64,000 nt of DNA from Actinomycetota bacterium (GTDB lineage: Bacteria > Actinomycetota > UBA4738 > JBBDHU01), in contig JBBDHU010000001.1 of assembly GCA_040880705.1 (NCBI GenBank), positions 315,573 through 379,572 on the forward strand, read 5' to 3'. The notes beneath the pieces were generated by a model that saw nothing but the letters and a program-made list of their open reading frames with translations, was not told the origin of the DNA and searched no databases. Of the stretch, positions 1-8,148 are shown piece after piece. Within the stretch, counting starts at the first letter, position 1. Each line of letters begins with the position of its first letter. A program made the translations under genes and the position numbers.

Positions 1-398
1 TTTCCCAGCAGGTCGGGTGTGGGGACGAAGATGTCGAAGTCGAGCTGCGCGCTCCTGATTTTCGCCAGCGCCTCGTCCGTGTTGTTGAAGGTGGATATCT
101 CCCAATTGATGTCGAAGTCCGCATATTTCTTCTTGAAGTCGTCCAGTACGGCCTTGTAGATGTACTGATCCCAGTTGTAGATCTTGAGGGTTGCCCCCTT
201 CTCGATCGGCAGATCGCTTGCGATCGGCTTGTTGTTGTCGTGAATCAGCCAACGAACCGGGCTGTCTCGCCGGGCGAGCGGGATGCTGGCGCCGGCGCCC
301 GAGGTGCCGGGCTTGCCGCAGGCCGCAAGGATCGCGCTGGCAAGCGGAACGCCTGCTGCAGTCGCCGCGGACCTACGGAGGAAATCACGGCGATTCAT
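1..398 (-). CDS. PotD/PotF-like polyamine-type ABC substrate-binding lipoprotein, 5' portion only (gene runs off the window start)
   Basis: Minus-strand ATG at 398..396 gives MNRRDFLRRSAATAAGVPLASAILAACGKP..., with a Tat RR motif and lipobox LAAC. Downstream DNA is roughly 75-80 percent identical to the 5' half of the complete paralog at 704..2044. Not in the ORF track because the window edge truncates it. Confidence 0.6.
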   Translation of the reverse strand, partial: MNRRDFLRRSAATAAGVPLASAILAACGKPGTSGAGASIPLARRDSPVRWLIHDNNKPIASDLPIEKGATLKIYNWDQYIYKAVLDDFKKKYADFDINWEISTFNNTDEALAKIRSAQLDFDIFVPTPDLLG

Positions 399-703
399 GC
401 GTCCGAAGCTCGGCTTCCAACGCGGGTGCGGTGCCATTCTCTCTCCCTTCAACCAGGACGGCCGGGTCATTGGTAGGCGGCCGTGAACGATTCCTAAGAA
501 TTCGCTGCTTCAATTATCACAAGCGACAAAGTACGCGCAACCCAACAAGGAGAGGCTCCGGACGAATCGCCTATCCCATGGGCTACCCACCCATGTTTCT
601 ACGGCAAGAGCCCTGTTTAGCCGTGGATTCCTCGATCGATGGTCGAGCACCGGACTAGGCAGGTCGAATTGGCCCGTGGCGGGTGGCTCCTGCCGCTCCG
701 ACT

Positions 704-2044
704 TCAGACCCCCGAGGCGAACCTCTCCCAGTTGTCGTGCCACATCGCGTCGACCTCGGGGCTGAGCCCGGTAAAGATCCACCCCTTGTCGAAGTCTTCT
801 GGAAGGACGATGGCGTTCTCGCCCAAGTGGGGCCAGTAGCAGACGATCCATCCCCATTTCCAGCCGCACTCGAGCAGCTCCTTCGGGTCGAGCTTCTGCT
901 GCGGCGGCTGGTAGCCCACCCAGCTGAAGTTCTTCATGGCGTGTTCGAACTCGAGTAAGTAGTCGAGGAATAGGTGTGCTAGGACGGGATTCCTCGCGTT
1001 CTTCAGGACGGCGACGAGGTCGTTTCCTATTAGCCCACGCTTGTCCTTCGGGTACCAGAACCCGAGGTCGGGGGCAGTGTGATAAGCGTTGGACTTCCCG
1101 TAGTAGGGAGCCGCGATGACGTCGCCCGACCAGGCTTGGTGCGCGGCGAAGACACCCCTCGGCAGCTGCTCGTAAGCGCCGTTGATCGTTAGTTGCACGT
1201 TGACCCTGTCGATCATTTCGATCAATGAGTCGGTTGCCCTCTCGACGACCGCCGGGTCGGTCGTGTTCAAGTCGACGCTGCCGGGGAACGTGCCGTCGTC
1301 GATCGCGTTCTTCATGATCCCGAAGTCGATGGCTTCGCTGTACACGTCGTACATACCTATCTTGCCCTTGTACTTGGGGTTCCAAAGAAGGTCATAGGGG
1401 TTCTTTCCCGCGTCCTCCAGCGCCGGTGGAGTGTCGCGCTCGTCGACGACGTCGCTCCTCCATTCGATCCCCGTTGTATAGACGGCATAGGGGACCGAGT
1501 ACCTCTGCCCCTGGTCGTAGTAAGGGTTCTCATCGCCCAGGAACTGCGGCCACAGCTCCTTGGTATGGGGCAGGTAGTCGTGATTCAGAGGCCGAATCAG
1601 CCTGAACTCGGTCAGTCGTCCGAGGAGGTCCGGGGTCGGGAAGAAGACGTCGAAGTCCACGTCGGTGCTACGGAGTTTCGCCTGAGCCTCGTCCAAGTTG
1701 TTGAACGTGGAGATCTCCCAGTCGACATCGTATTCCTCGTACTTCTTCGCGAAGTCGTCGAGGACCGCCTTGTAGATGTACTGGTCCCAGTTGTAGAGCT
1801 TCAGAGTCGCGCCCTTCTCGATGGGAAGGTCGCTCGGTATCGGCTTGTTGTCGTCGTAGATGGGCCATCTGACCGGCGAATCCTTCCTTGCGAGACGAAT
1901 GTTGGATCGTGGTCCGTTACCGGGCTTCCCGCATGCAGCGAGGATCGCGCTCGCCAGGGGGACGCCGGCCGCAGTTGCTGCCGATCGGCGGATGAAGTCG
2001 CGGCGATTGATCGGTTCCGGGCTCGGCTTCCAGCGGGGATGCAT
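704..2044 (-). CDS. Spermidine/putrescine-type ABC transporter substrate-binding lipoprotein (PotD/PotF family), Tat signal
   Basis: C-terminal 446 aa of the 867-aa minus ORF 704..3307. True start MHPRWKPSPEPINRRDFIRRSAATAAGVPLASAILAACGKP carries a twin-arginine motif plus lipobox. The body has PotD-like motifs (KLYNWDQYI, GYSVPY, WSGD). The N-terminal 421 aa of the tracked ORF is an antisense artefact over the crtI-like gene. Confidence 0.8.
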   Translation of the reverse strand: MHPRWKPSPEPINRRDFIRRSAATAAGVPLASAILAACGKPGNGPRSNIRLARKDSPVRWPIYDDNKPIPSDLPIEKGATLKLYNWDQYIYKAVLDDFAKKYEEYDVDWEISTFNNLDEAQAKLRSTDVDFDVFFPTPDLLGRLTEFRLIRPLNHDYLPHTKELWPQFLGDENPYYDQGQRYSVPYAVYTTGIEWRSDVVDERDTPPALEDAGKNPYDLLWNPKYKGKIGMYDVYSEAIDFGIMKNAIDDGTFPGSVDLNTTDPAVVERATDSLIEMIDRVNVQLTINGAYEQLPRGVFAAHQAWSGDVIAAPYYGKSNAYHTAPDLGFWYPKDKRGLIGNDLVAVLKNARNPVLAHLFLDYLLEFEHAMKNFSWVGYQPPQQKLDPKELLECGWKWGWIVCYWPHLGENAIVLPEDFDKGWIFTGLSPEVDAMWHDNWERFASGV

Positions 2045-2227
2045 ACGGGCTCCCTTCGCGCGTGCTCTGGCCGCTTTCTGGAACCAGCTAACAGAACGCG
2101 CCGCTCGGGCGCAACCCAGGGCACTTCCGCACGGGATCGCCGAAGGCTGCGTCGAGGGCGCGGCCGGTCGCGCGTTCGGCTTGTGGGGTATAACTTCTTC
2201 CTGTCCCGACCGAAGGATCATCCTTCC

Positions 2228-3850
2228 ATGCCGGCCAATATCTACGACGCCCTCATCGTCGGAGGAGGCCACAACGGCCTCATCTCGGGCGCCTACTTCG
2301 CACGCGCGGGCGCCAAGACCGTGGTCCTCGAGCGCCGGCACAAGACGGGCGGCGCCGCCGACACCAGTGCTCCGTTCGCCGATCATCCTGAGATCAACGT
2401 AACGACCTACTCGTACGTGATGAGCCTGATGCCCCCGACCATCATCAAGGAGCTCCAGCTCGAGAAGAACGGCTACGACGTGACCCCATTCGGGCCCTAC
2501 TACCAGGCCTACCCGGACGGGCGCTCGGTGAAGGTGTATCCCGACGACGCGAAGAAGAGCTACGACTCGATCGCGCAGTTTTCGAAGAAGGACGCCGAGA
2601 TCATGCCGAAGTGGGAGGAGTGGCTGGCCGGCGTGGCGGACGTCATGGGTCCTCTGCTTCTTCAGGTCCCTCCGAAGCTCGGCTCGATGAAGGTGGGAGA
2701 CCTGATCGAGAGCGCGAAGGTCGGATGGAAGATGCGCGGCCTGGGCGTGCGAGGCGTGGCCGACGTAACGCGGCTCTTCACGATGAGCGTCGCCGATCTC
2801 CTCGGCGATTGGTTCGAATCCGACCAGGTCAAGGGCATGCTCACGGTGAACGGCGTCATCGGAACCTGGGCAGGCCCCGAGGAGCCCGGCACGGCATACG
2901 TGATGCTGCATCACTCGATCGGAGACGTCGGCGACGGACACCTGGGAAGCTGGGGATTTCAGCAGGGCGGCATGGGCGGTGTCGCCGACGCATGCCGGAA
3001 GGCCGCGGAGTCGTTCGGCTGCGAGATCAGAACGAATTCCGGTGTCTCGAAGATCCTCACGGAGAACGGACGAGTCAAAGGAGTCGTTCTCGAGAATGGG
3101 GAGGAGCTTCGCGCGCCCACCATCGTGTCTACGATCCACCCTCAGATCGCTTTCCTCGATCTGATCGACAAGGAACAGCTGCCGGAGGAATTCGTCTGGG
3201 ACATCGAGCATTGGAAGACGCGAAGCGGCGTAGTGAAGGTGAACGTTGCCCTCTCCGAGCTGCCCGACTTCATCGCCGATCCCGGCAAGGAGATGCAGGA
3301 CATTCACACGGGTTCGGTCGAGCTCTGTTTCTCGCCCGAATACGCAGAGCGGGCGTTCCTGGACGCGAAAGAGGGACGTGCCGCCGAGCGGCCTTTCGTC
3401 GACGGGACCATCCCGACGACCCTCGACAAGAAGCTAGCTCCCGAGGGAGTGCATGTTTTCTCCATGTTCACGCAATGGGTTCCGCACTCGTGGGTCAAGG
3501 AGCCGCACCGCGACGAGCTGGAGGCATACGCCGACCGGATCATCGACATCTACTCGGAGCTGGCGCCGAACTTCAAGGGCGCGGTGATAGATCGGCAGGT
3601 GATCGGCCCCTACGACATGGAGCAAGACTTGGGGCTGATAGGCGGGAACATCTTCCAAGGGGAGTTGTCGGTCGATCAGCTTTTCCACATGCGTCCCTCA
3701 CCGGGCTACGCCGACTACCGAACACCGCTCAAAGGCCTCTATCACGGTTCGTCGGCGACACACGCCGGCGGCGGGGTCGTCGGCATCCCAGGCTGGCAGG
3801 CGTTTCGCCAGGCGAAGAAGGACCGGAAGGTGAAGAAGTCACGCGCCTGA
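2228..3850 (+). CDS. CrtI/phytoene-desaturase-family (COG1233, amine-oxidase fold) FAD-dependent oxidoreductase, paralog 1
   Basis: Start MPANIYDALIVGGGHNGLISGAYFARAGAKTVVLERRHKTGGAADT is a Rossmann FAD-binding GxGxxG motif. Conserved TYSYVMSLMPP, FSKKD and C-terminal LYHGSSATHAGGGV match the phytoene-dehydrogenase-related family. The 221-aa upstream extension in the ORF track overlaps potD and is not real. Confidence 0.8.
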   Translation: MPANIYDALIVGGGHNGLISGAYFARAGAKTVVLERRHKTGGAADTSAPFADHPEINVTTYSYVMSLMPPTIIKELQLEKNGYDVTPFGPYYQAYPDGRSVKVYPDDAKKSYDSIAQFSKKDAEIMPKWEEWLAGVADVMGPLLLQVPPKLGSMKVGDLIESAKVGWKMRGLGVRGVADVTRLFTMSVADLLGDWFESDQVKGMLTVNGVIGTWAGPEEPGTAYVMLHHSIGDVGDGHLGSWGFQQGGMGGVADACRKAAESFGCEIRTNSGVSKILTENGRVKGVVLENGEELRAPTIVSTIHPQIAFLDLIDKEQLPEEFVWDIEHWKTRSGVVKVNVALSELPDFIADPGKEMQDIHTGSVELCFSPEYAERAFLDAKEGRAAERPFVDGTIPTTLDKKLAPEGVHVFSMFTQWVPHSWVKEPHRDELEAYADRIIDIYSELAPNFKGAVIDRQVIGPYDMEQDLGLIGGNIFQGELSVDQLFHMRPSPGYADYRTPLKGLYHGSSATHAGGGVVGIPGWQAFRQAKKDRKVKKSRA

Positions 3851-3876
3851 CGCAAGGCAAGTCTTAGGAGCCCCCA

Positions 3877-5502
3877 TTGAGTGCTAATCAGTACGACGCG
3901 ATCGTGATCGGGGGCGGCCACAACGGTCTGTGCGCCGGCGCATACCTCGCGAAGAACGGCGCCAACGCCATAGTCCTGGAGAAGCGCCACAAAACCGGTG
4001 GCGCCGCCGACACCTCGGCCCCCTGGCCCGAGCACCCCGACTTCAAGGTCACGACCTATTCGTATGTCTCCGGGCTGATCCCTCCACGAGTCGTAAAGGC
4101 GCTTCAGCTGGAGAAGCACGGGTACAAGGTCCACCCTATGGGCCCCGTTTACCAAGCATGGCCCGACGGGCGTTCGATGATGTTTCAGTTGGGCAATGCC
4201 AAGGCAGGCAAGGACGAGATAGCGAAGTTCTCCAAGAAGGATTCCGAGGCGATCTTCGAATGGGAGGAATGGATCGGACGCATCGCCGACATCCTCGGGC
4301 CACTGCTCCTTTCCGTGCCGCCTAAGGTCGGCTCCAAGAGGCCCGGGGACGTTATCGACCAGGCGAAACTCGTGTGGCGGCTGCGAAAGGAGATCGACGT
4401 CCGCACGACTGCGCAGATCACCAAGCTAATGACGATGAGCCTCTCCGATCTCCTCGACGAGTGGTTCGAGTCGGATGAGATGAAGGGCGTGCTCGCGATC
4501 GACGGCGTGATTGGAACCTGGGCCGGGCCCGACGAGCCCGGAACGGCCTACGTCCTGGCACACCACGCGATCACCGATATTGGCGACGGCCTGCTCGGCA
4601 ACTGGGGATTCCCTGAAGGTGGCATGGGTGCCGTGGCCGATGCGTTCAGGCGTTCGGCCGAAGCGTTCGGATGCAGGATTCGAACCGAGGCCCCCGTAGA
4701 GAAGATCCTGATCGAGAACGGCAGGGCGAAGGGAGTCGTGCTTGCAGGCGGCGAGGAGCTTCGCGCGCCGGTCGTAGTTACGGCCTGCCACCCGCAAATC
4801 ACGTTCCTTCAGCAGATCGAACCCGAAGAGCTGCCGGACGATTTCGTTCGCGACATCGAGAAATGGAAATCGCGCAGCGGGACCGTGAAGATCAACCTGG
4901 CGCTTTCCGAACTGCCCAACTTCATAGCCGATCCCAACCCGCGCGACGGCAGCGTTCCGGAGCACCTGACGGGGTCGGTCGAGCTTTCGCTCTCTCCCAA
5001 GTACGTTGAACAGGCTTTCCAGGATGCGAAACAAGGGCGCGCGGCTACGGCGCCTTTCTCGGACGGGGTGATCCCGACGGTGATCGACAAGACGCTGGCA
5101 CCGGAAGGAGTTCACATCTTCTCGTTGTTCACACAGTGGTGTCCCCAGGAGTGGTCGACCGAGCCGCACACCGGCGAGCTGGAGGCCTACACCGACCGAA
5201 TCATCGACCTATACGACGGCCTGGCTCCCGGTTTCAAGGCCTCGGTCATCGCCCGTCAAACACTCGGCCCTCACGAGATGGAGGAGGAACTCGGCTTGAT
5301 CGGCGGCAACATATTCCACGGCGAACTCTCGGCCGATCAGCTCTTCCACATGCGCCCGGCGCCCGGTTTCGCGGACTTCCGTTCGCCGATCAAGGGTCTC
5401 TACCAAGCCCATTCCGGGACGCACGCCGGCGGAGGAGTGAATGGCATCCCCGCGTATCACGCGGTGCGCCAGATAAGAAAAGACAGAGCGCTAAAACGCT
5501 GA
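3877..5502 (+). CDS. CrtI/COG1233-family FAD-dependent oxidoreductase, paralog 2 (tandem to paralog 1)
   Basis: TTG start at 3877 preceded by AGGAG at 3866-3870. LSANQYDAIVIGGGHNGLCAGAYLAKNGANAIVLEKRHKTGGAADT. Colinear with paralog 1 over its full length. Confidence 0.8.
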   Translation: MSANQYDAIVIGGGHNGLCAGAYLAKNGANAIVLEKRHKTGGAADTSAPWPEHPDFKVTTYSYVSGLIPPRVVKALQLEKHGYKVHPMGPVYQAWPDGRSMMFQLGNAKAGKDEIAKFSKKDSEAIFEWEEWIGRIADILGPLLLSVPPKVGSKRPGDVIDQAKLVWRLRKEIDVRTTAQITKLMTMSLSDLLDEWFESDEMKGVLAIDGVIGTWAGPDEPGTAYVLAHHAITDIGDGLLGNWGFPEGGMGAVADAFRRSAEAFGCRIRTEAPVEKILIENGRAKGVVLAGGEELRAPVVVTACHPQITFLQQIEPEELPDDFVRDIEKWKSRSGTVKINLALSELPNFIADPNPRDGSVPEHLTGSVELSLSPKYVEQAFQDAKQGRAATAPFSDGVIPTVIDKTLAPEGVHIFSLFTQWCPQEWSTEPHTGELEAYTDRIIDLYDGLAPGFKASVIARQTLGPHEMEEELGLIGGNIFHGELSADQLFHMRPAPGFADFRSPIKGLYQAHSGTHAGGGVNGIPAYHAVRQIRKDRALKR

Positions 5503-5526
5503 GAACCGTTTGGTCTGCCTGAGAGA

Positions 5527-7623
5527 ATGACGACCGTGACCAGGGATGCCGTTGCAACGATGCTCGAGGCTCGCTCCGTCGCTGTAGTTGGGGCTAGCCC
5601 GCGCGAGGGCTCGTTCGGCGAGATGATGATGCTCGAACTCACCCGCGCCGGGTTCGACGGTGACATATACCCGGTCAACCCCAAGTACGAGGAGATCCTC
5701 GGTCACCGCGCCTATCCATCCGTTTCGGAGGTGCCTGTTTCCGTGGACATCGCGATCCTCGGCGTATCGAACTCGAGGATCGAGGGGGCGCTAACGGAGG
5801 CCGCCGATTCGGGGGCGCGATCGGCCGCGATATTCGCCAGTTGCTACGAGGATCCCAAGGACGGGGTTCCGCCTCTTACGGAGAGGCTGGCCAAGATCGC
5901 TCGTGATGCCGGCATGGCGGTTTGCGGGGGCAACTGCATGGGCTTTCTCAACATGGAGAACGGACTACGCGTGTGCGGTTACGTCGAGCCGGAACGTCCC
6001 GCCGGGAGCGTTGCATTCATTAGCCATTCCGGGTCGGCGTTTTCCGCAATGGCTTACAACAACCGCGATCTGGAGTTCAACCTGCTGGTGTCTGCAGGGC
6101 AGGAGCTGGTGACGACCGCGGCCGACTACATGACCTATGCGCTCGAGCGCGAAAGCACCAAGGCCGTTGGTTTGTTCATAGAGACGGTGCGCGACCCCGA
6201 CAAATTCCACCTCGCACTCGAGCGAGCGGCGGAGCGCGACATCCCGGTGGTTGCTTTGAAGGTCGGCCGCGAGGAAGGCGCTCGCGAGATGGTTCAGGCG
6301 CATTCCGGCGCTCTTGCCGGAGAGGACGGCGCGTACGAGGCGCTCTTCGACGCGTATGGGGTTCAGAGGGTCAACAGTCTCCACGAGATGTGTGACACCC
6401 TCGAGCTGTTCACGAGAAACGGCCGCCGTGCGGGTCCCGGCGCGTTCGCTTCGATCCACGACTCGGGCGGGGAGCGCGCACTGATGATCGATTCGGCGGC
6501 CGAAGTCGGCGTCCCTTTCGCGCAGATTTCCGATGAGACGAAAAAACGGCTGGAGGAGAGTTTGGAGGAAGGCCTCCCGGCGGTGAACCCTCTCGACGCA
6601 TGGGGGACCGTGGAGGAGGCCCGGCGAGTGTTCACGGAATGCATCGAGGTGCTGCTGGACGATCCCGACACCGCCGCGCTTGCCTTCGCGGTGGACATGA
6701 CGTCCGAGGACGACGAGGAATTCTCCAACGCGGCATTCGCCGAGCGCACACTCGTGGACCGGGACAAGCCGGTCGCCGTGCTGTCCAACCTCTCGAGCGC
6801 CATCCACGCTCCGGACGCGAAAAAGCTGCGGGAGATCGGGATCCCCGTTCTCGAGGACACATTGACCGGCCTGGCGGCGTTCAAGCATCTCTTCGACTAC
6901 CGGGACTTCCACGCGCGGCCGCCGGCCGGCAAGGCGGCTCTTCCGGGCGACGACACTCGATCGCGCTGGCGAGAGCGGCTCTCAACCGGCGAACCGCTAG
7001 CGGAGGTGGAGGGACTGTCTCTGCTTTCCGATTACGGGGTGCCCGTTGTCGGCGCCGAGCCCGCCGCTTCGGCCGAGGAGGCTAGAGCCGCAGCCGAAAA
7101 GGTTGGTTACCCCGTTGCCGTCAAGACGGCTGAGCCGGGAGTGCTGCACAAGTCGGACGCGGGGGGAGTGAAGCTGGGCCTTGAGACCGATGAAGATGTG
7201 TCAGCCGGGTATGAAGAGCTGGCGGCGAGTCTCGGCCCGAGGGTCGTGGTCGCGCCGATGGTGTCCCCCGGGGTTGAGTTCGCCCTCGGTGTCGTGCGCG
7301 ACCCGCAGTTCGGTCCGCTCGTGCTGGTGGCCGCCGGCGGGATATTCGTTGAACTCTTGAAGGATCGCCGGCTGGCGTTGCCCCCGGTCGACGAAGCGGG
7401 TGCGCGAAGGTTGTTGGATGGTTTGAAGACGCGCCCGCTGTTGGACGGGGTCAGGGGGGCGCCGTCCGCCGATATCGATTCGATCGCGCGTGCGATCGTC
7501 GCCGTTTCCTCACTCGCATCAGACTTGGGAGAGCATCTGGAGGCGCTCGACGCGAATCCGTTGATTGCGGGGCCGGACGGCTGCGTCGTGGTCGACGCGC
7601 TGGTCATCCCGCGGCGCGTCTAG
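5527..7623 (+). CDS. Acetate--CoA ligase (ADP-forming) / NDP-forming acyl-CoA synthetase family, CoA-binding plus ATP-grasp domains
   Basis: N-terminal CoA-binding domain (SVAVVGASPREGSFG...YPVNPKY...GGNCMG). C-terminal ATP-grasp (GYPVAVKTAEPGVLHKSDAGGVKLGL). 698 aa. Follows the two crtI-like genes with a 24-nt gap. Confidence 0.75.
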   Translation: MTTVTRDAVATMLEARSVAVVGASPREGSFGEMMMLELTRAGFDGDIYPVNPKYEEILGHRAYPSVSEVPVSVDIAILGVSNSRIEGALTEAADSGARSAAIFASCYEDPKDGVPPLTERLAKIARDAGMAVCGGNCMGFLNMENGLRVCGYVEPERPAGSVAFISHSGSAFSAMAYNNRDLEFNLLVSAGQELVTTAADYMTYALERESTKAVGLFIETVRDPDKFHLALERAAERDIPVVALKVGREEGAREMVQAHSGALAGEDGAYEALFDAYGVQRVNSLHEMCDTLELFTRNGRRAGPGAFASIHDSGGERALMIDSAAEVGVPFAQISDETKKRLEESLEEGLPAVNPLDAWGTVEEARRVFTECIEVLLDDPDTAALAFAVDMTSEDDEEFSNAAFAERTLVDRDKPVAVLSNLSSAIHAPDAKKLREIGIPVLEDTLTGLAAFKHLFDYRDFHARPPAGKAALPGDDTRSRWRERLSTGEPLAEVEGLSLLSDYGVPVVGAEPAASAEEARAAAEKVGYPVAVKTAEPGVLHKSDAGGVKLGLETDEDVSAGYEELAASLGPRVVVAPMVSPGVEFALGVVRDPQFGPLVLVAAGGIFVELLKDRRLALPPVDEAGARRLLDGLKTRPLLDGVRGAPSADIDSIARAIVAVSSLASDLGEHLEALDANPLIAGPDGCVVVDALVIPRRV

Positions 7624-8012
7624 GCTGGCTTCAAGCTCGAGATGACTCCGAGGACGTCGCCGACGTCTCCCAAGCTTTCCCGCTCGGGTTCCGCGATCGC
7701 CAGGGAGTCGGCGAGTTCCCGTAGCGGCGCGAGGATCGGCCTGTAAAAGGCCCATCGCCCTCTCTTCTCCCGTTCGAGAAGGCCGGCGTCCTGCAGCACC
7801 TTGAGGTGGTGGCTCACCGTGGGCTGCGACAGCCCGAGTGGCCCCGTGAGCTGGCAAACGCAGGCCTCACCGGCACGCGTAATAAGACTGAGGGCCCGAA
7901 GCCGGGCCGGGTCTGCGAGGACCTGCATGGCCGAGGCCATCTTCCCCGCCGCCTCGGCGCTCATCGGAGCTCCGAGCGGGGTGCAGCAGTCGATCATTGG
8001 CAGGGGCTTCAT
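7620..8012 (-). CDS. ArsR/SmtB-family metalloregulatory transcription factor
   Basis: HTH signature LSQPTVSHHLKVLQDAGLL. N-terminal Cys pair (MIDCCTPL) and CVCQL, typical of metal-sensing sites. Start taken at MKPLP (ATG 8012..8010); the tracked ORF extends 12 codons further upstream into an AT-rich stretch. 4-bp convergent overlap with the acyl-CoA synthetase gene. Confidence 0.75.
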   Translation of the reverse strand: MKPLPMIDCCTPLGAPMSAEAAGKMASAMQVLADPARLRALSLITRAGEACVCQLTGPLGLSQPTVSHHLKVLQDAGLLEREKRGRWAFYRPILAPLRELADSLAIAEPERESLGDVGDVLGVISSLKPA

Positions 8013-8060
8013 ATTGACATCTATCGATAGAATATCGTAGAAATACATCGATGTACGTCG
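8013..8060. promoter_or_regulatory. AT-rich operator/promoter region with two perfect palindromes sharing an ATCGAT core, immediately upstream of arsR
   Basis: CTATCGATAG (8021-8030) and TACATCGATGTA (8044-8055) are perfect inverted repeats in an unusually AT-rich patch containing TTGACA. Paired palindromes in the ArsR gene's own promoter are the standard autoregulatory arrangement for this family. Confidence 0.35.
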
Positions 8061-8148
8061 ATTTCCGGCAAGAAAAGGGAGGTGACCGCTGTGGAGCCGT
8101 GCTGCCCACCTGACAGCTGCCCGCCCGACTGCTGCTGAGGACGAGGCG

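Noticed and set aside
510-1385. 291-aa Arg-rich minus ORF
   Set aside because: It lies in an alternative frame overlapping the PotD-like gene on the same strand. Low-complexity R/P/G composition typical of spurious ORFs in GC-rich DNA.
704-3307. 867-aa minus-strand ORF
   Set aside because: Only the C-terminal 446 aa (704..2044) is the PotD-like gene. The N-terminal 421 aa runs antisense through the CrtI-like gene 2228..3850 and has no domain signal. It is an artefact of the high-GC, stop-poor frame.
1565-3850. 761-aa version of the first CrtI-like gene
   Set aside because: The true start is the ATG at 2228 (MPANIYDALIVGGGHNG, the Rossmann motif must be N-terminal). The upstream 221 codons overlap potD antisense.
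2228-5502. Carotenoid biosynthesis cluster (because of CrtI-like annotation)
   Set aside because: No crtB, crtE, crtY, lycopene cyclase or other isoprenoid genes anywhere in the window. Context is amine transport and catabolism.
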